Positions 1-10,651 are shown, counted from the stretch's first letter. The stretch: 64,000 nucleotides of DNA from an uncultured Roseobacter sp. (GCF_947491795.1 NZ_CANLKW010000007.1:1915-65914); one strand, 5' to 3'. Program-made: numbers and translations. Notes: generated by a model not told the origin, from the sequence alone.

Positions 1-1066
1 TTACGTCTCGCTCCTGATGACCTCGGGGCTCGATCAATGGCAGAACCCGGCCATCGACGAGGCGACGGCGGTGTCGGACTTTGATTTCCGCACGATCCGG
101 AAAAAGCCTTTCTCTGTCTACCTGGTCGTCCAGCCTTTGATGGTGAAGTCGCTCGCGCCCCTCATCCGGCTCTTCTTCTCCGATCTCCTCTCGGCAATGC
201 AGGAAAGGGACCCCGGTCCTGATGAACCTTGGCCGGTGATGATCATGCTTGATGAGTTCAATCGCCTTGGCAAAATGCCGATCGTGGTCGAGAGTATTGA
301 GACTCTGCGAACCTATCGTGGCCACCTGGCCGTGGTGACCCAAACCATCCCCGCCCTCGATGAAATCTATGGCGAGAACACCCGCCGTGCCCTGCAAGGC
401 AATGCGGGCGTGAAGCTGTACCTGACGCCTTCGGATGAAAAGACCGTCGAGGAGCTGAGCAAGGCGGTCGGCAAAAGCACCAAGACTGTCGTTACGCGCT
501 CGCGGTCGATTGGTAAGAACCCCTTCGAAGGGCGTAACGAGTCCATCCGCACCGAAGAGACGTCCCTGCTGCCCGAAGACGAAGCGCGGCGCCTGCCGCT
601 CGATGAGATTGTCATGGTGATCGATGCCCAAATGCCGATCCGCGCGAAGCGGATTCAATACTTCAACGATCGATTCCTCAAGACAATTCATGATGAGCAG
701 ATAGGAGAACAGCCGCTCCCGCAGCCGGGGGGAATCGGATCCCAAGACAATCTGTCTGTAGGTGTTCAGGCGATACCCCTGTTCGAGCGATCGGATAGGG
801 GAACAGATCAAAAGCCGTACGTCGCGAGCGCGGGTCCAGCCCGGGGTGACACACGACTGAACCAGCCAAAATATGACGGTGCAACTACTAACAAGGCCGA
901 AGGAGTTGTACTGGCGGTTCCAGAAGAGGAACAGAGGCAGTTAGAGTTGGATTTTGAGGGACAGGAGTCGTCCGAAGATCTGGCGGTTGAGGTCGGCGAT
1001 AAGCGGGTAGGGATCGCAGTGAATGATCTCGGCGAGCTTGAGTCATTGATGAAACGGGGGCAATGA
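1..1066 (+). CDS. virD4: Type IV coupling protein VirD4/TraG, C-terminal part (5' end outside window)
   Basis: Walker B-like MIMLDEFNRLGKM, AVVTQTIPALDEIYG and LLPEDEARRLP motifs typical of VirD4; frame is open from window start. Confidence 0.93.
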   Translation, partial: YVSLLMTSGLDQWQNPAIDEATAVSDFDFRTIRKKPFSVYLVVQPLMVKSLAPLIRLFFSDLLSAMQERDPGPDEPWPVMIMLDEFNRLGKMPIVVESIETLRTYRGHLAVVTQTIPALDEIYGENTRRALQGNAGVKLYLTPSDEKTVEELSKAVGKSTKTVVTRSRSIGKNPFEGRNESIRTEETSLLPEDEARRLPLDEIVMVIDAQMPIRAKRIQYFNDRFLKTIHDEQIGEQPLPQPGGIGSQDNLSVGVQAIPLFERSDRGTDQKPYVASAGPARGDTRLNQPKYDGATTNKAEGVVLAVPEEEQRQLELDFEGQESSEDLAVEVGDKRVGIAVNDLGELESLMKRGQ

Positions 1067-1266
1067 GAAAATCTGCTGGTCTCAGCGCTAAAGTCTATTT
1101 TGGAAAACGCGTATAATGAGCCATACTCTCGACTGAATTAAGCCGTTATTGGTTCCAGAAAGCCTGACGATGAACACCCCGACAGGTGAAACTTCCGGGT
1201 ACATAATAGCAAATAGGGGAATCTTGATTGCATGGCTGAAAACTCATTTGCAAAATACAAATATTT

Positions 1267-1282
1267 TTTACTTTTTGTTAAC
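1267..1282 (+). promoter_or_regulatory. CtrA-like box (TTTA-N7-TTAAC)
   Basis: TTTActttttgTTAACC about 35 bp upstream of ORF 1318; 1 mismatch to TTAA-N7-TTAAC. Confidence 0.45.
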
Positions 1283-1317
1283 CAAGCTGCACTATCCCGC
1301 TGACGAGGGGAAGAAGT

Positions 1318-1998
1318 ATGTCCGAGTCCAACTCAACAGTTTCAATACTGCTAAATGCGCAACCAGATGTTGACGGTTGTATCTCTTTTGAAGATGCGAG
1401 AGTAGTATCGCTGGAAATGCTCGGGGCGGATAGCAAAGTAAAATTTGGCTTCAGAACTCCCAAACTGATCACTGAACTTTTCCACGCCAATCTGAGCGAT
1501 GAACTATTGACTGTGCTGATAGAATTCGGCGGTTCTGGAACACTATTGTCCATACCTGACTACGTGTTTGTAATGGATGGCTTGCTGCTGGCAAAACTTC
1601 GCGTTTTTGGTTATGAGCAAGAAGATGGAACTGTGAATGTAACAATCCGATGGGCGTTTGCTGAAGGTAATATCCTTGCAGCTTTAAAGATAGATTCCAC
1701 CTATCTTTTGTCGCATGGATCGACGAATGCGCGGCTAGCGTTTGATGTGTTAGAATGCGTTTTGGAGCCAGTGTTCGATCTTACACGTTCCCAAGATACC
1801 AATGGTGTTTTTGCTTCCAAAATCGAAAACGTTGATGCCTTACTTCTCGATTTGCAATTGAAACGTGACGAGCTTGAGAAACACGCGGCTCTGCTTAAGA
1901 TTTATTTGCAACACCAATTGAGTGCGGAGAGAAACGCGAGAACTGGTGCAAACTTTCTACAAAAAAAGCTTGAGTCCTTCCCTAAGTACCTGTGCTAG
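1318..1998 (+). CDS. Hypothetical protein, 226 aa, C-terminal coiled-coil-like segment
   Basis: ORF with GAGGGG RBS; no family recognised. Confidence 0.65.
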   Translation: MSESNSTVSILLNAQPDVDGCISFEDARVVSLEMLGADSKVKFGFRTPKLITELFHANLSDELLTVLIEFGGSGTLLSIPDYVFVMDGLLLAKLRVFGYEQEDGTVNVTIRWAFAEGNILAALKIDSTYLLSHGSTNARLAFDVLECVLEPVFDLTRSQDTNGVFASKIENVDALLLDLQLKRDELEKHAALLKIYLQHQLSAERNARTGANFLQKKLESFPKYLC

Positions 1999-2133
1999 CG
2001 TCTGGACTCATAGCCAGTACATGACGAGCACTGCGAGAGCGACGGCGGACAGAAAGACCTTTAGACATCCGTCGTATCGCGTTGCCACACGCCGCCAATC
2101 CTTCAAACTGCCGAACATAATCTCGATCCGGTT
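1999..2133 (-). pseudogene. IS5-family (IS427-group-like) transposase 3' fragment and right end
   Basis: Reverse strand reads NRIEIMFGSLKDWRRVATRYDGCLKVFLSAVALAVLVMYWL*; flanked by CTAG at 1995-1998; cut by IS3 at 2134. Confidence 0.8.
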
Positions 2134-3401
2134 TGACGTTGCCCCCTGATCCGGGCCGTTCAGGTGTAGAATCCGTTCTTGTTTCTTTCTGCTTGTAGTG
2201 TTGCGGTCAAGAGCGGCTGAGCGGAGCCCTTGCGGAGCTCAAGCGAAGCCGGTCGGGTGGAACGTAGCCATTGGGCGAACTCGGTTGGTGTTTGTCCGTT
2301 CAGCGACGTGTGTGGTCTTTTGATGTTGTAATCGATCCTCCATGTTTCGATGATCCGGCGAGCCTCGGCGAGGTTGCCGAAGAGGTTTTCGTTTAGGCAC
2401 TCATCCCTAAGCCTGCCGTTGAAGCTCTCGACGAATGCGTTCTGCATGGGCTTTCCGGGTGCGATGTAATGCCAGCCGACGCCGGTGTCCTGGCACCATC
2501 GTAGGACGGCGTGAGATGTCATCTCGATGCCGTTATCGCTGACAATCGCGCCGGGTTTGCCCCGCCTCAGGATCAGTTCGCCTAGTTCACGGGTCATGCG
2601 CCGCCCAGACATGGAGCGGTCTACAACCGTGGCCAATGCTTCGCGAGTGCAGTCATCCACGATGCACAGAACCCGGAACCGCTGGCCGTCTGACAGGGCA
2701 TCAGAGACGAAGTCCAGTGACCAGCGCTGGTTCGCCCTGTCGGGCACCAAGATCGGCCTCCTCGTGCCCAGGGCGCGCTTGCGACCGCCCCGTTTACGGA
2801 CCATTGACCGTTCTTCTCTGTAGAGGCGGAACAGTTTCTTGTGGTTCACTTCGATACCTTCCCGCTGCAACAAGATGTGCAAACGACGGTAGCCGAACCG
2901 ACGCCGTTCGTTGGCCAGTTCGCGCAGCCGCTTGCGCAACGCTTCATCGCCGCCATGCTGCTTCTCATACTGAAAGACAGACCTGTGCAGGTCCGCCAGC
3001 TCACACGCCCGACGCTCACCAAGACCGTGCCGATCCATCACGTCTCGCACGGCCCGTCGCTTCACATCAGGCGTCAGTAGTTTTTTGTTGCGAGGTCTTT
3101 CAGCGCGGCATTGTCGAGCATCGTATCCGCAAGCATGCGCTTCAGCCGGTTGTTCTCGTCCTCCAAGGCCCGAAGCTTTTTGGCATCCGACACGTTCATG
3201 CCGCCAAACTTGGCTTTGTATTTGTAGAACGCAGCATCGCTGATGCCGTACTTTCGACATAGCTCTTGGGCTTTCACGCCAGCCTCGTATTCCTTGATCA
3301 TCCCGATGATCTGTTCGTCTGAAAATCTGCGTCTCATAGTCCATCCTTTGTTTGGACGGATCACCAGCACCTCGATGGCCTGATTTCAGGGGGCAACGTC
3401 A
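2134..3401 (-). mobile_element. IS3-family (IS407 group) insertion sequence, apparently intact
   Basis: Perfect 16-bp terminal IRs TGACGTTGCCCCCTGA; orfA 3074-3337 ([14 protein letters not shown]); orfB with DDE motifs ([26 protein letters not shown]); A6 slippery site near 3081-3086; no target duplication seen. Confidence 0.95.
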
Positions 3402-3451
3402 TGATCGATGTCCCGGGGTCTTCCTGTCAGCAATCACTCTTACTGAAACCG

Positions 3452-4597
3452 TCAAACTTTGGTCTCAGGTCCTGACCGTGGATCTGGTCGGACCGGATCA
3501 ATGATTCTCGCAGTATTCGCCGAATAGAAAGCCGAAAGCTGTGAAAGTGCAATCCGCAGAACGATCTTTCCGGACCTTGCAGACCAATCGAATTCTCTTT
3601 CGATATCCTCCATGCCTTTGAAATGACAGCAACACTGTACCGCTACATCTGCAAGCACTGGACCCAAGTAGTTCAGAGCATTCTCCAATCTTTCGCCTGG
3701 GTTGTGGAAGACAAAATCTAGTTCAGCTGACTGAGGAAAACTCTTAAAGCGATCTGCACTGTGAAAGACATCGGCAGCGGAGATCGTCAGGCTGTTCATT
3801 TCGTAGTCTTCGCGAAGAATTCTCCCTGCTTCAATCTGTTCCATTGTAAGGAAGGGGTTGCCATATCTGTCTCGCCTTCTAGCCAGAGACTGTAACGGAG
3901 CCTCCTTCCCATATCCATCGCCAGTTATCAAAACCGAGTTCCCGTGCGATACGGGTCTTAAACTGGGAAATGGCTGTCTGATGTCTGAGAATGTGCTGCT
4001 TCGATAGTTACTTTTCATACTTAGATTTCTATTGCCAGAACGCAGGTTTCGTCGGCCATATGGTGAGATTGAATATGTAAGTATTTTCTGTGTTTTCTGG
4101 TGCGAGGGTATGACCAAGCCTGATACCGCAAGTTTCTCTGCCGTTTCTGTGTCCACGGAGCAAGAGTTATTTGTTTGCCCGCTATTACTTTTGTGAATAA
4201 TTGCGCAAGAAGAAAGATCCTCGGATGCAGCGAGTATCATACTCGGCTCGCTCAGTCTTTTCAGATGGTTACGTAAAGGAACACGATTTGTATGCGGTGT
4301 TTCCGAAAAACTGCCGCTGTTTCGAGAGAGGAGATCTTTTGGTCCTCTACGAGAATCACTATTGGACTGACTGACGGCACTTACAAGCCGATCAACACCG
4401 GAATAGAAAAGCGGATCAGCAAGATGGCCGGATACTTTCCGTACATTGCGCGAAACCGTTGACGGTTGTATCGACAACAGCTTTGCCGTTTCACGCATCG
4501 ATAAGTTAAGCGCCTTGTAAGTTACATAGATCAAGACATGACTTGGGACCCAATCAGGCAGCATTTTATCAGGTTCCAAGAGTGTTGCATGTTTCAT
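3452..4597 (-). CDS. gafA: GafA-like protein (N-terminal HTH, C-terminal DUF6456); homolog of the gene transfer agent activator
   Basis: N-terminal LPDWVP...SMRETAKLLSIQPSTVSRNVRK HTH; C-terminal LARRRDRYGNPFL..AGRILREDYE..LGPVLADVAVQCCCHFKGMEDIEREFDWSARSGKIVLRIAL matches the Rhodobacterales GafA/DUF6456 signature. Confidence 0.82.
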   Translation of the reverse strand: MKHATLLEPDKMLPDWVPSHVLIYVTYKALNLSMRETAKLLSIQPSTVSRNVRKVSGHLADPLFYSGVDRLVSAVSQSNSDSRRGPKDLLSRNSGSFSETPHTNRVPLRNHLKRLSEPSMILAASEDLSSCAIIHKSNSGQTNNSCSVDTETAEKLAVSGLVIPSHQKTQKILTYSISPYGRRNLRSGNRNLSMKSNYRSSTFSDIRQPFPSLRPVSHGNSVLITGDGYGKEAPLQSLARRRDRYGNPFLTMEQIEAGRILREDYEMNSLTISAADVFHSADRFKSFPQSAELDFVFHNPGERLENALNYLGPVLADVAVQCCCHFKGMEDIEREFDWSARSGKIVLRIALSQLSAFYSANTARIIDPVRPDPRSGPETKV

Positions 4598-4666
4598 TTG
4601 TGGTTCCTCCGCAACAGCTGTGTCGCCGAATTGTTAAAGCTTCGTTCATACAATCAGGAATCATGG

Positions 4667-4682
4667 TTACTAAACCATTAAC
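4667..4682. promoter_or_regulatory. CtrA-like box in gafA-like/luxI divergent promoter region
   Basis: TTACtaaaccaTTAAC (1 mismatch, N7 spacing); further TTAAC half-sites at 4780 and 4793. Confidence 0.5.
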
Positions 4683-4933
4683 GAAGATCATACTTAAAAT
4701 ATTAAGGAAGCCGTTACGGCTATTTCTTCAAAAGCTTTGACGCACCGCAGGTTTTATTGCGGAACGCCTGGTAGGTTCGTTAACACTGTCAATTAACAGA
4801 GACTTACGCTGCTGCTGAGCGTTAGGTCTTTGGTAACTGGCATTGAAAAGGTGTTAAACGCCAGTTCTTTCAAGCCACTGTTTAACAACGATTTCGTCCG
4901 ATTCTGTCACCACAACAAACAGTGGAGACAAAG

Positions 4934-5614
4934 ATGTTGCATTTTTTGACTGGTGCGGAGTTGAGAAACGTTCCGGAGCTTAGGAAAAGTATGTTTAGAG
5001 ATCGAAAAATACAGTTTATTGACCGACTAGGGTGGGGCTTGAAGGTCACGCAAGAACAGCTCGAAATTGATGAGTATGATCGGGATGACGCATTTTATGT
5101 AATCAATTCCGATGGTAAAAACAGACATGTTGGATCAATGCGGTTGCTTCCAACAAGTCTTCCAAACATGATCCAGGAGCACTTTAATCATGTTATTCCC
5201 GGTATTTCTTTCGCTTCAGAGAAAGTCTGGGAATGCACGCGCTTGTGTTCTGCAAAAGGGGCCTCGCCAAAAGTTGCGATCTCAGTATTGGCCGGAGCGG
5301 CTAAATTCATGGGTCATTTTGAGATCAATGCTTTTCTTGGGCTTTTTGACAAAAGAATGCATCGTACTTACCGGCGCCTCGGCATCAGCCCGATGGTGAT
5401 AGGATCATCTGACTCAGTGGATGGATTAGTCAGTGTTGGCCTTTGGAGTTTTAATCACGCAACATATAAGAAGCTGGTGGAACATTCTGCTTACACAGGT
5501 GATGAAATTGAAGGGATGTTCGGAAACAACTCACTGTACAGACTAGGAGCAAAGCTTCCGATGAAAAAACAGGTTCGCACGCCGTCGTATCAAACTGAAG
5601 AACCGGTTGCGTGA
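4934..5614 (+). CDS. luxI: Acyl-homoserine lactone synthase (LuxI family), no adjacent luxR
   Basis: MFRDRKIQFIDRLGW, EIDEYD, GSMRLLPT and WECTRLC motifs; GGAGA RBS before ATG 4934. Confidence 0.93.
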   Translation: MLHFLTGAELRNVPELRKSMFRDRKIQFIDRLGWGLKVTQEQLEIDEYDRDDAFYVINSDGKNRHVGSMRLLPTSLPNMIQEHFNHVIPGISFASEKVWECTRLCSAKGASPKVAISVLAGAAKFMGHFEINAFLGLFDKRMHRTYRRLGISPMVIGSSDSVDGLVSVGLWSFNHATYKKLVEHSAYTGDEIEGMFGNNSLYRLGAKLPMKKQVRTPSYQTEEPVA

Positions 5615-5659
5615 CGGCTGCAACAGACACACGAGTGACGGCTCCAGCGGGCTGAGTGT

Positions 5660-5860
5660 CAAATCCCTAACATGGCGGGTGGCATGCTGGATGCGTCGTG
5701 TATTCGTAGCGTGCCAAGTGCTAGTTCATGTCGCTCTCCGTTCGAAGGTGACCGAACTTTTCCAGCTCAAAGCTGAGTGCTTTCGGCATGGATTGTAGAA
5801 GCCGTTGATACACTGGAAGATGACGGCTTCTGCCGCTCGGCGATTTCGCCATGACTTGGG
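5660..5860 (-). pseudogene. IS3-family transposase 3' remnant
   Basis: Reverse strand reads ...AEAVIFQCINGFYNPCRKHSALSWKSSVTFERRAT*, a degenerate IS3 OrfB C-terminus. Confidence 0.65.
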
Positions 5861-5861
5861 C

Positions 5862-7052
5862 GGTAATCCCCCCATTTTCAGAGGGGCGCTTCGGTAGAAT
5901 CTAAGCTGCTTTCAATTTCTGTATCGGGGTCATCCCGCCGATCCCCATGTTTGGCCTTTCATTGTTGTATGTCCAGAGCCAGCGCTTGGCGTGCTCCTGC
6001 ACCTCCTCAATGCTGTTGAAGTGATATCGCCCTAGCCATTCTGTCCGGACGGTTCTGTTATATCGCTCGACATAGGCGTTCTGCTGCGGCTTGCCGGGCT
6101 GAATGTAGATCAAGCCGATCCCTGCTTTTTCAGCCCAGTTCTGAAGTTTGGCGCTGACGTATTCAGGGCCATTGTCCACACGAATGGCCAGGGGCTTTCC
6201 GCGCCACGCAATGATCTGGTTCAATGTCCGGACCACGCGTTCTGACGGCAGCGAGAAGTCCACCTCAATGGCCAAGTCTTCTCGATTGAAGTCATCCAGC
6301 ACGTTCAGTGTCCGGAAGGATCGCCCGTCTGCCAGTTGATCCGCCATGAAGTCCATCGACCAGACCTCGTTCGGCGCTTCAGGCACCGCCAGCGGCTCGG
6401 GCTTTTCGCGCTGCAGCCGCTTCCTGGGCTTGATCCGCATGTTCAGCTCCAACTCGCGATAGATGCGATAGACGCGCTTGTGGTTCCACTTGAGCCCTTT
6501 AACGTTGCGCAGATGCAGGAAGCAGAGGCCGAAGCCCCAGGTCTTCTTGGCATTCGTCAACGCAACCAGCCAATCGGCAATCAACTCGTTTTCATCGCTG
6601 AGCTTTGGTTGATACCGATAGCACGTTTCACTGATGCTAAACGCCCTGCAAGCCAAAGCGATGCTGGCGGATCGATAGCGCACCGCCCACTCGGCCATCT
6701 CACGCCTTTGAGACGGCCTCACCACTTTTTTCCAAGGGCTTCCTTCAGCAAATCGTTCTGCATGCTCTTCTCTGCATACATCTTCTTGAGCCGTTTGTTC
6801 TCTTCATCGAGTTCCTTCATCCGGGCCATCAAACTGGCATCCATGCCGCCATACTTGGATCGCCACTTGTAGAAGCTCGCACTGCTCATGCCGTGTTCCC
6901 GGCACAGGTCAGAAACAGGCACGCCGTTCTCCGCCTGCTTCAAGATCGCCATGATCTGTGCGTCGCTGTACTTCGATTTCTTCATCAGAATCTCCTCTTT
7001 CATCTTCGAGAAAATTCTACTTCCGCACACCCCTAATTTTCGGGGGATTACC
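5862..7052 (-). mobile_element. IS3-family insertion sequence (orfA 6719-6985, orfB 5901-6725)
   Basis: IRs GGTAATCCCCC/GGGGGATTACC; OrfA MKKSKYSDAQIM; A6G frameshift motif; Orf[24 protein letters not shown]. Confidence 0.95.
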
Positions 7053-7064
7053 GAGAGACTTCAC

Positions 7065-7466
7065 CTAAACTGGCGGGCTCATAGACGCACATGTCTCAGG
7101 TAATGGAAAGTTCGGACCCATAAGGTAACTTCCAATCTCAACTATTTCTTTGGGACTAATGGGCTTGCGCAGCAAGTAGTCGACGCTCATAGCTTCGTTG
7201 TGATCACCGTGCTCAAAGACCGTCGCTCCAGTGATGGATAAAATTGGAATATTTGGAGACCTTATCCGGAGAAAATTTGAGAGTGAAACAGTTGCGCCAT
7301 CGGTAACGAAAACGTCCAATATTGCTAGGCAATAGTTGACTCGAAGAATGCGACTCATACCGTCCGATACGGAGCGAACAGTATCTACCGAGTAGCCAAA
7401 ACTGCGGAATTCCTCTGCAACCGAATGTGCAAAAACCAAGTCGTCTTCAACAAGCAAAATCTTCAT
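7065..7466 (-). CDS. Single-domain response regulator (receiver)
   Basis: MKILLVEDD...AILDV...LSITG...DYLLRKP receiver motifs. Confidence 0.85.
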   Translation of the reverse strand: MKILLVEDDLVFAHSVAEEFRSFGYSVDTVRSVSDGMSRILRVNYCLAILDVFVTDGATVSLSNFLRIRSPNIPILSITGATVFEHGDHNEAMSVDYLLRKPISPKEIVEIGSYLMGPNFPLPETCASMSPPV

Positions 7467-7761
7467 GGTCACCTTCTCGTTCAACTTTTAGGTGTTTTGA
7501 ACGAAAAAATTGAATAAACCGTAAATCAAAGGCGGGAACGATAAGTCAAAATGCTACAAATTCAAAAGGGGAAGTCAGACATAACAAGCGTTGACAAAAG
7601 CGCCTCAGTCGGACTGTGTCCGTAGAATATGCTTACTAGCCAAAGAGGCAGATCAGACCAAGTCGACACGACAACTGCTGGGCTTGGTGTGCTTCCAGCG
7701 CTCTGAAATCTTGACCTGCCCTCCGATGGTCCTTCATTTATAAGTTAGCTATGTTCAGGTA

Positions 7762-8998
7762 TGATGTGCTACCCAACGCGCCCTCGGCCGTTATCAGAGT
7801 TTCCGCCCTTTGATCAGCTGCACGGGTTGGTCTCGTGCGCTGATTTCATCAGTTCCGCCGGGACCTTGTGCCCGATGGCGCTGTGCGGTCGTTCTTCATT
7901 GTAGTCTCTACGCCAAGCCTCCAACTTTTCGGCGGCATCTTCAAGACTCATGAACCAGTGAGCATTCAGGCATCCCGCCCGGAACCGACCATTGAACGCC
8001 TCGATAAAGGCGTTGTCGGTCCGGTTTTCCCGGTCGTGAGAAGTCGAGCGTGACGCCGCGCTGATGGGCCCGGAGCTCCATATCACGCGAGACAAATTCG
8101 CTGCCCTGGTCGACCCGGATCGTGTCTGGATAGCCGATTCGCCAATAGACGCGATCAAGGGTCGCGACGACATCCTCACCTCGATAACTGAACCGCGCAT
8201 TGAGCACCGGCACGTATAGGGAGAAGGTGTCCACTACCGTGAGAACTCGGAACTTTCGGCCTGTGGCCAGTTGATCGTGCACTAAGTTCATGGCCCAGAC
8301 TTCGTTCGGCCTGACTGCTTCCACGCGATCCTCCCGAAGCTTCACCATGACCCGGCGCTTCGGCGTCTTGTTCCTGAGCTGCATGCCCAACTCCTTGTAA
8401 ATGCGATAAGTCTTCTGCGCATTGATCTCCCAACCCTCGTGCTTCAGCAGCACGTGCACACGCCGGTATCCGAACCGGATGCAGGTCAGGCATATCTCTC
8501 GGATGCGCTGTTCCGACGCGGCCTCGCCGGGCCGACGAGACTTGTAGCGACAGGTCCTAGGATCGAACCGGATCACCGCACAGGCCCGGCGGATCGACAC
8601 CCGCCAATCCGCCCGTATCTCGTAGACCAGCGTCCTCTTCCGGGCAGCCCTCAAAGCTTTCGTTTGATGATGTCCTGCAGCATCTCTTTGTCCAACGCCA
8701 GGTCCACGACGATCTTCTTCAGCTGCGCATTCTCCTGCTTGAACTCTCTCAGCCGATTCATCACCGACGGCATCAGACCCGCATACTTCTTCTTCCAACT
8801 GAAAAACGTCGCCAAACTGATCCCGGCCTTCCGACAGACTTCCGCGACGGGTGTCCCGTCCTCCGCCTGCTTGATGATGAACGCCTTCTGCGCGTCCGTG
8901 AACTTCGATGCTTTCATGCGTTTCCACTCCTCTCCCAGTTAGGGAATCGATGCGGAAAACTCTAACCAAAATCGGGGGCGTTTACGGGCATCACATCA
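7762..8998 (-). mobile_element. Degenerate IS3-family (IS407 group) element with frameshifted orfB
   Basis: OrfA MKASKFTDAQKAFII (8651-8917); OrfB split over ORFs 7941-8969 and 7814-8200; ends TGATGTGCTACCC / GGGCATCACATCA; an orphan IS end TGACCTGCCCTCCG lies at 7712. Confidence 0.88.
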
Positions 8999-9029
8999 GG
9001 ATACGAAATTGCGTTCGCCCGACTTAGTG

Positions 9030-9479
9030 CTACTGTGCGGAAGAACTCACCGCATTATCATTTTTGTCATTCGCCATACAAAGCTCAAATAACCGGCTTT
9101 GAGCTGCAGTAAGTACTTCTGCTGTGAACCGGAAATCGATTGAACTCGAACATATTTTTTCGCAATCGAAAGCGTAGTCAGTAAGGCAGTCGATCTTTTG
9201 TTTTGCACTCCACTGATACCAGTCGCCCCAGTCACATGCACGGCAAAGTAACTCTGTCCAGGTTTCCGCATCTTGCTTACTCACCTTTACACCAAGCAGT
9301 CCTGAAGACAGCGCTAATTCCAACACGTCAAACATTGAACTCTGAGCGAGGGCAGTATTGGCTCTTAGGTCGTTTGAAAGTGATCGTCTTAACGATCCTG
9401 AAAGCCATAGTTTCTCGACTAAAGGCTCGTCGATTTTCAGAAAACTGGCAATTTCATTTCGTGACAAAGGAACGTGCAT
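9030..9479 (-). CDS. Hypothetical protein, 149 aa (possible N-terminal HTH-like segment)
   Basis: ORF between IS remnants; LSRNEIASFLKIDEPLVEKLW resembles an excisionase-type HTH start, weak. Confidence 0.5.
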   Translation of the reverse strand: MHVPLSRNEIASFLKIDEPLVEKLWLSGSLRRSLSNDLRANTALAQSSMFDVLELALSSGLLGVKVSKQDAETWTELLCRACDWGDWYQWSAKQKIDCLTDYAFDCEKICSSSIDFRFTAEVLTAAQSRLFELCMANDKNDNAVSSSAQ

Positions 9480-9556
9480 TGGTACTGGAACCCATAACTT
9501 TCAATGATAAGCTAGCGGGTTTGCACTAAATTTGAGTAAATTTTCAGAATCGTATG

Positions 9557-10584
9557 TGTAACGTCAGCGCCCACCGGACAAATTTAGGTGTTTGAGCAAC
9601 GGAGGATTTCTGGTTCATCGAAGCCATTATGGAGCGAAGATGAACAAGAAATCCGGAACATCGAAAGACGCCGCTGACAAGTTGGTCAGGGGCATCAAGC
9701 GCAAGACCCGCAAGCACTACTCGGCCGAGGAAAAGATCAGGATCGTCCTGGCGGGCCTGCGGGTCGAAGAGAGCATCGCTGCGCTGTGTCGCCGCGAGGG
9801 AATTGCGGAAAGCCTGTATTATTCCTGGTCAAAGGAATTCCTTGAAGCTGGGAAGAACTGGCTGGCGGGGGGACATGGCTCGTCAGGCGACATCCCCCGA
9901 AGTCAAGGAACTGCAATCGGAATCGGCTGCCCTGAAGGAAGTGGTTGCCGAGCTAACGCTTAAGAACCGCCTGCTCAAAAAAAGCATGATCGGGCCCTTT
10001 CGGCAGAATGCTCAGCATTCGCCTGTCAGGTAATAGATGGGGAGTTCGAAGCATGAGGTATCCCGCATCCGAGAAGCTTGAGATCATCCGTACGGTGGAA
10101 GCCTCGCACCTGCCGGTGAAGCAGACGCTGACGAAGATTGGCATCCCCAGTAGCACCTACTGCGATTGGTATGCGCGTAGGGTCGAGGGCGGGATCGATG
10201 CGCTTGCCGATCGTTCTCCATGGCCCGGATCCGTCTGGAACCGCATCCCTGATGATGTCCGTGAAGCCTTTGTCGAGTGCGCGCTGGACCACGAAGGTCT
10301 GACACCGTGCGAACTGGCGGTCAAATGTACCGACGAGAAGCGGTATTTTATCTCGGAATCTTCAGCGTATCGCCTTCTCAAGGCCGAAGAGACTACAATG
10401 AAGAAAGACAGCACAGCGCAATTGGGAACAACGTCCCAGCAGCGCTGATGAAATTGCCAGGCGCATCCAGCCCGTCTGTGTGATCAAAGGGCGAAAATCT
10501 AGCCCCGAGCGGGGACACTTCCGGTAGCATGGCAAAAGGGCGGAAACTCTGATACCGGCCGAGGGCGCGTTGGGTAGCACATCA
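9557..10584 (+). pseudogene. Chimeric IS3-family remnants (frameshifted 5' part of one IS fused to the 3' end of an IS407-type element)
   Basis: KRKTRKHYSAEEKIRIVL and MRYPASEKLEIIR fragments in different frames, then RDYNEERQHSAIGNNVP and an IR ending 10584. Confidence 0.85.
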
Positions 10585-10651
10585 TACCCAATAACTACAG
10601 AACTAGAATTGAGTGGAAATTTTGGAGAAATTGGTCTCTAAAACAGCGATA

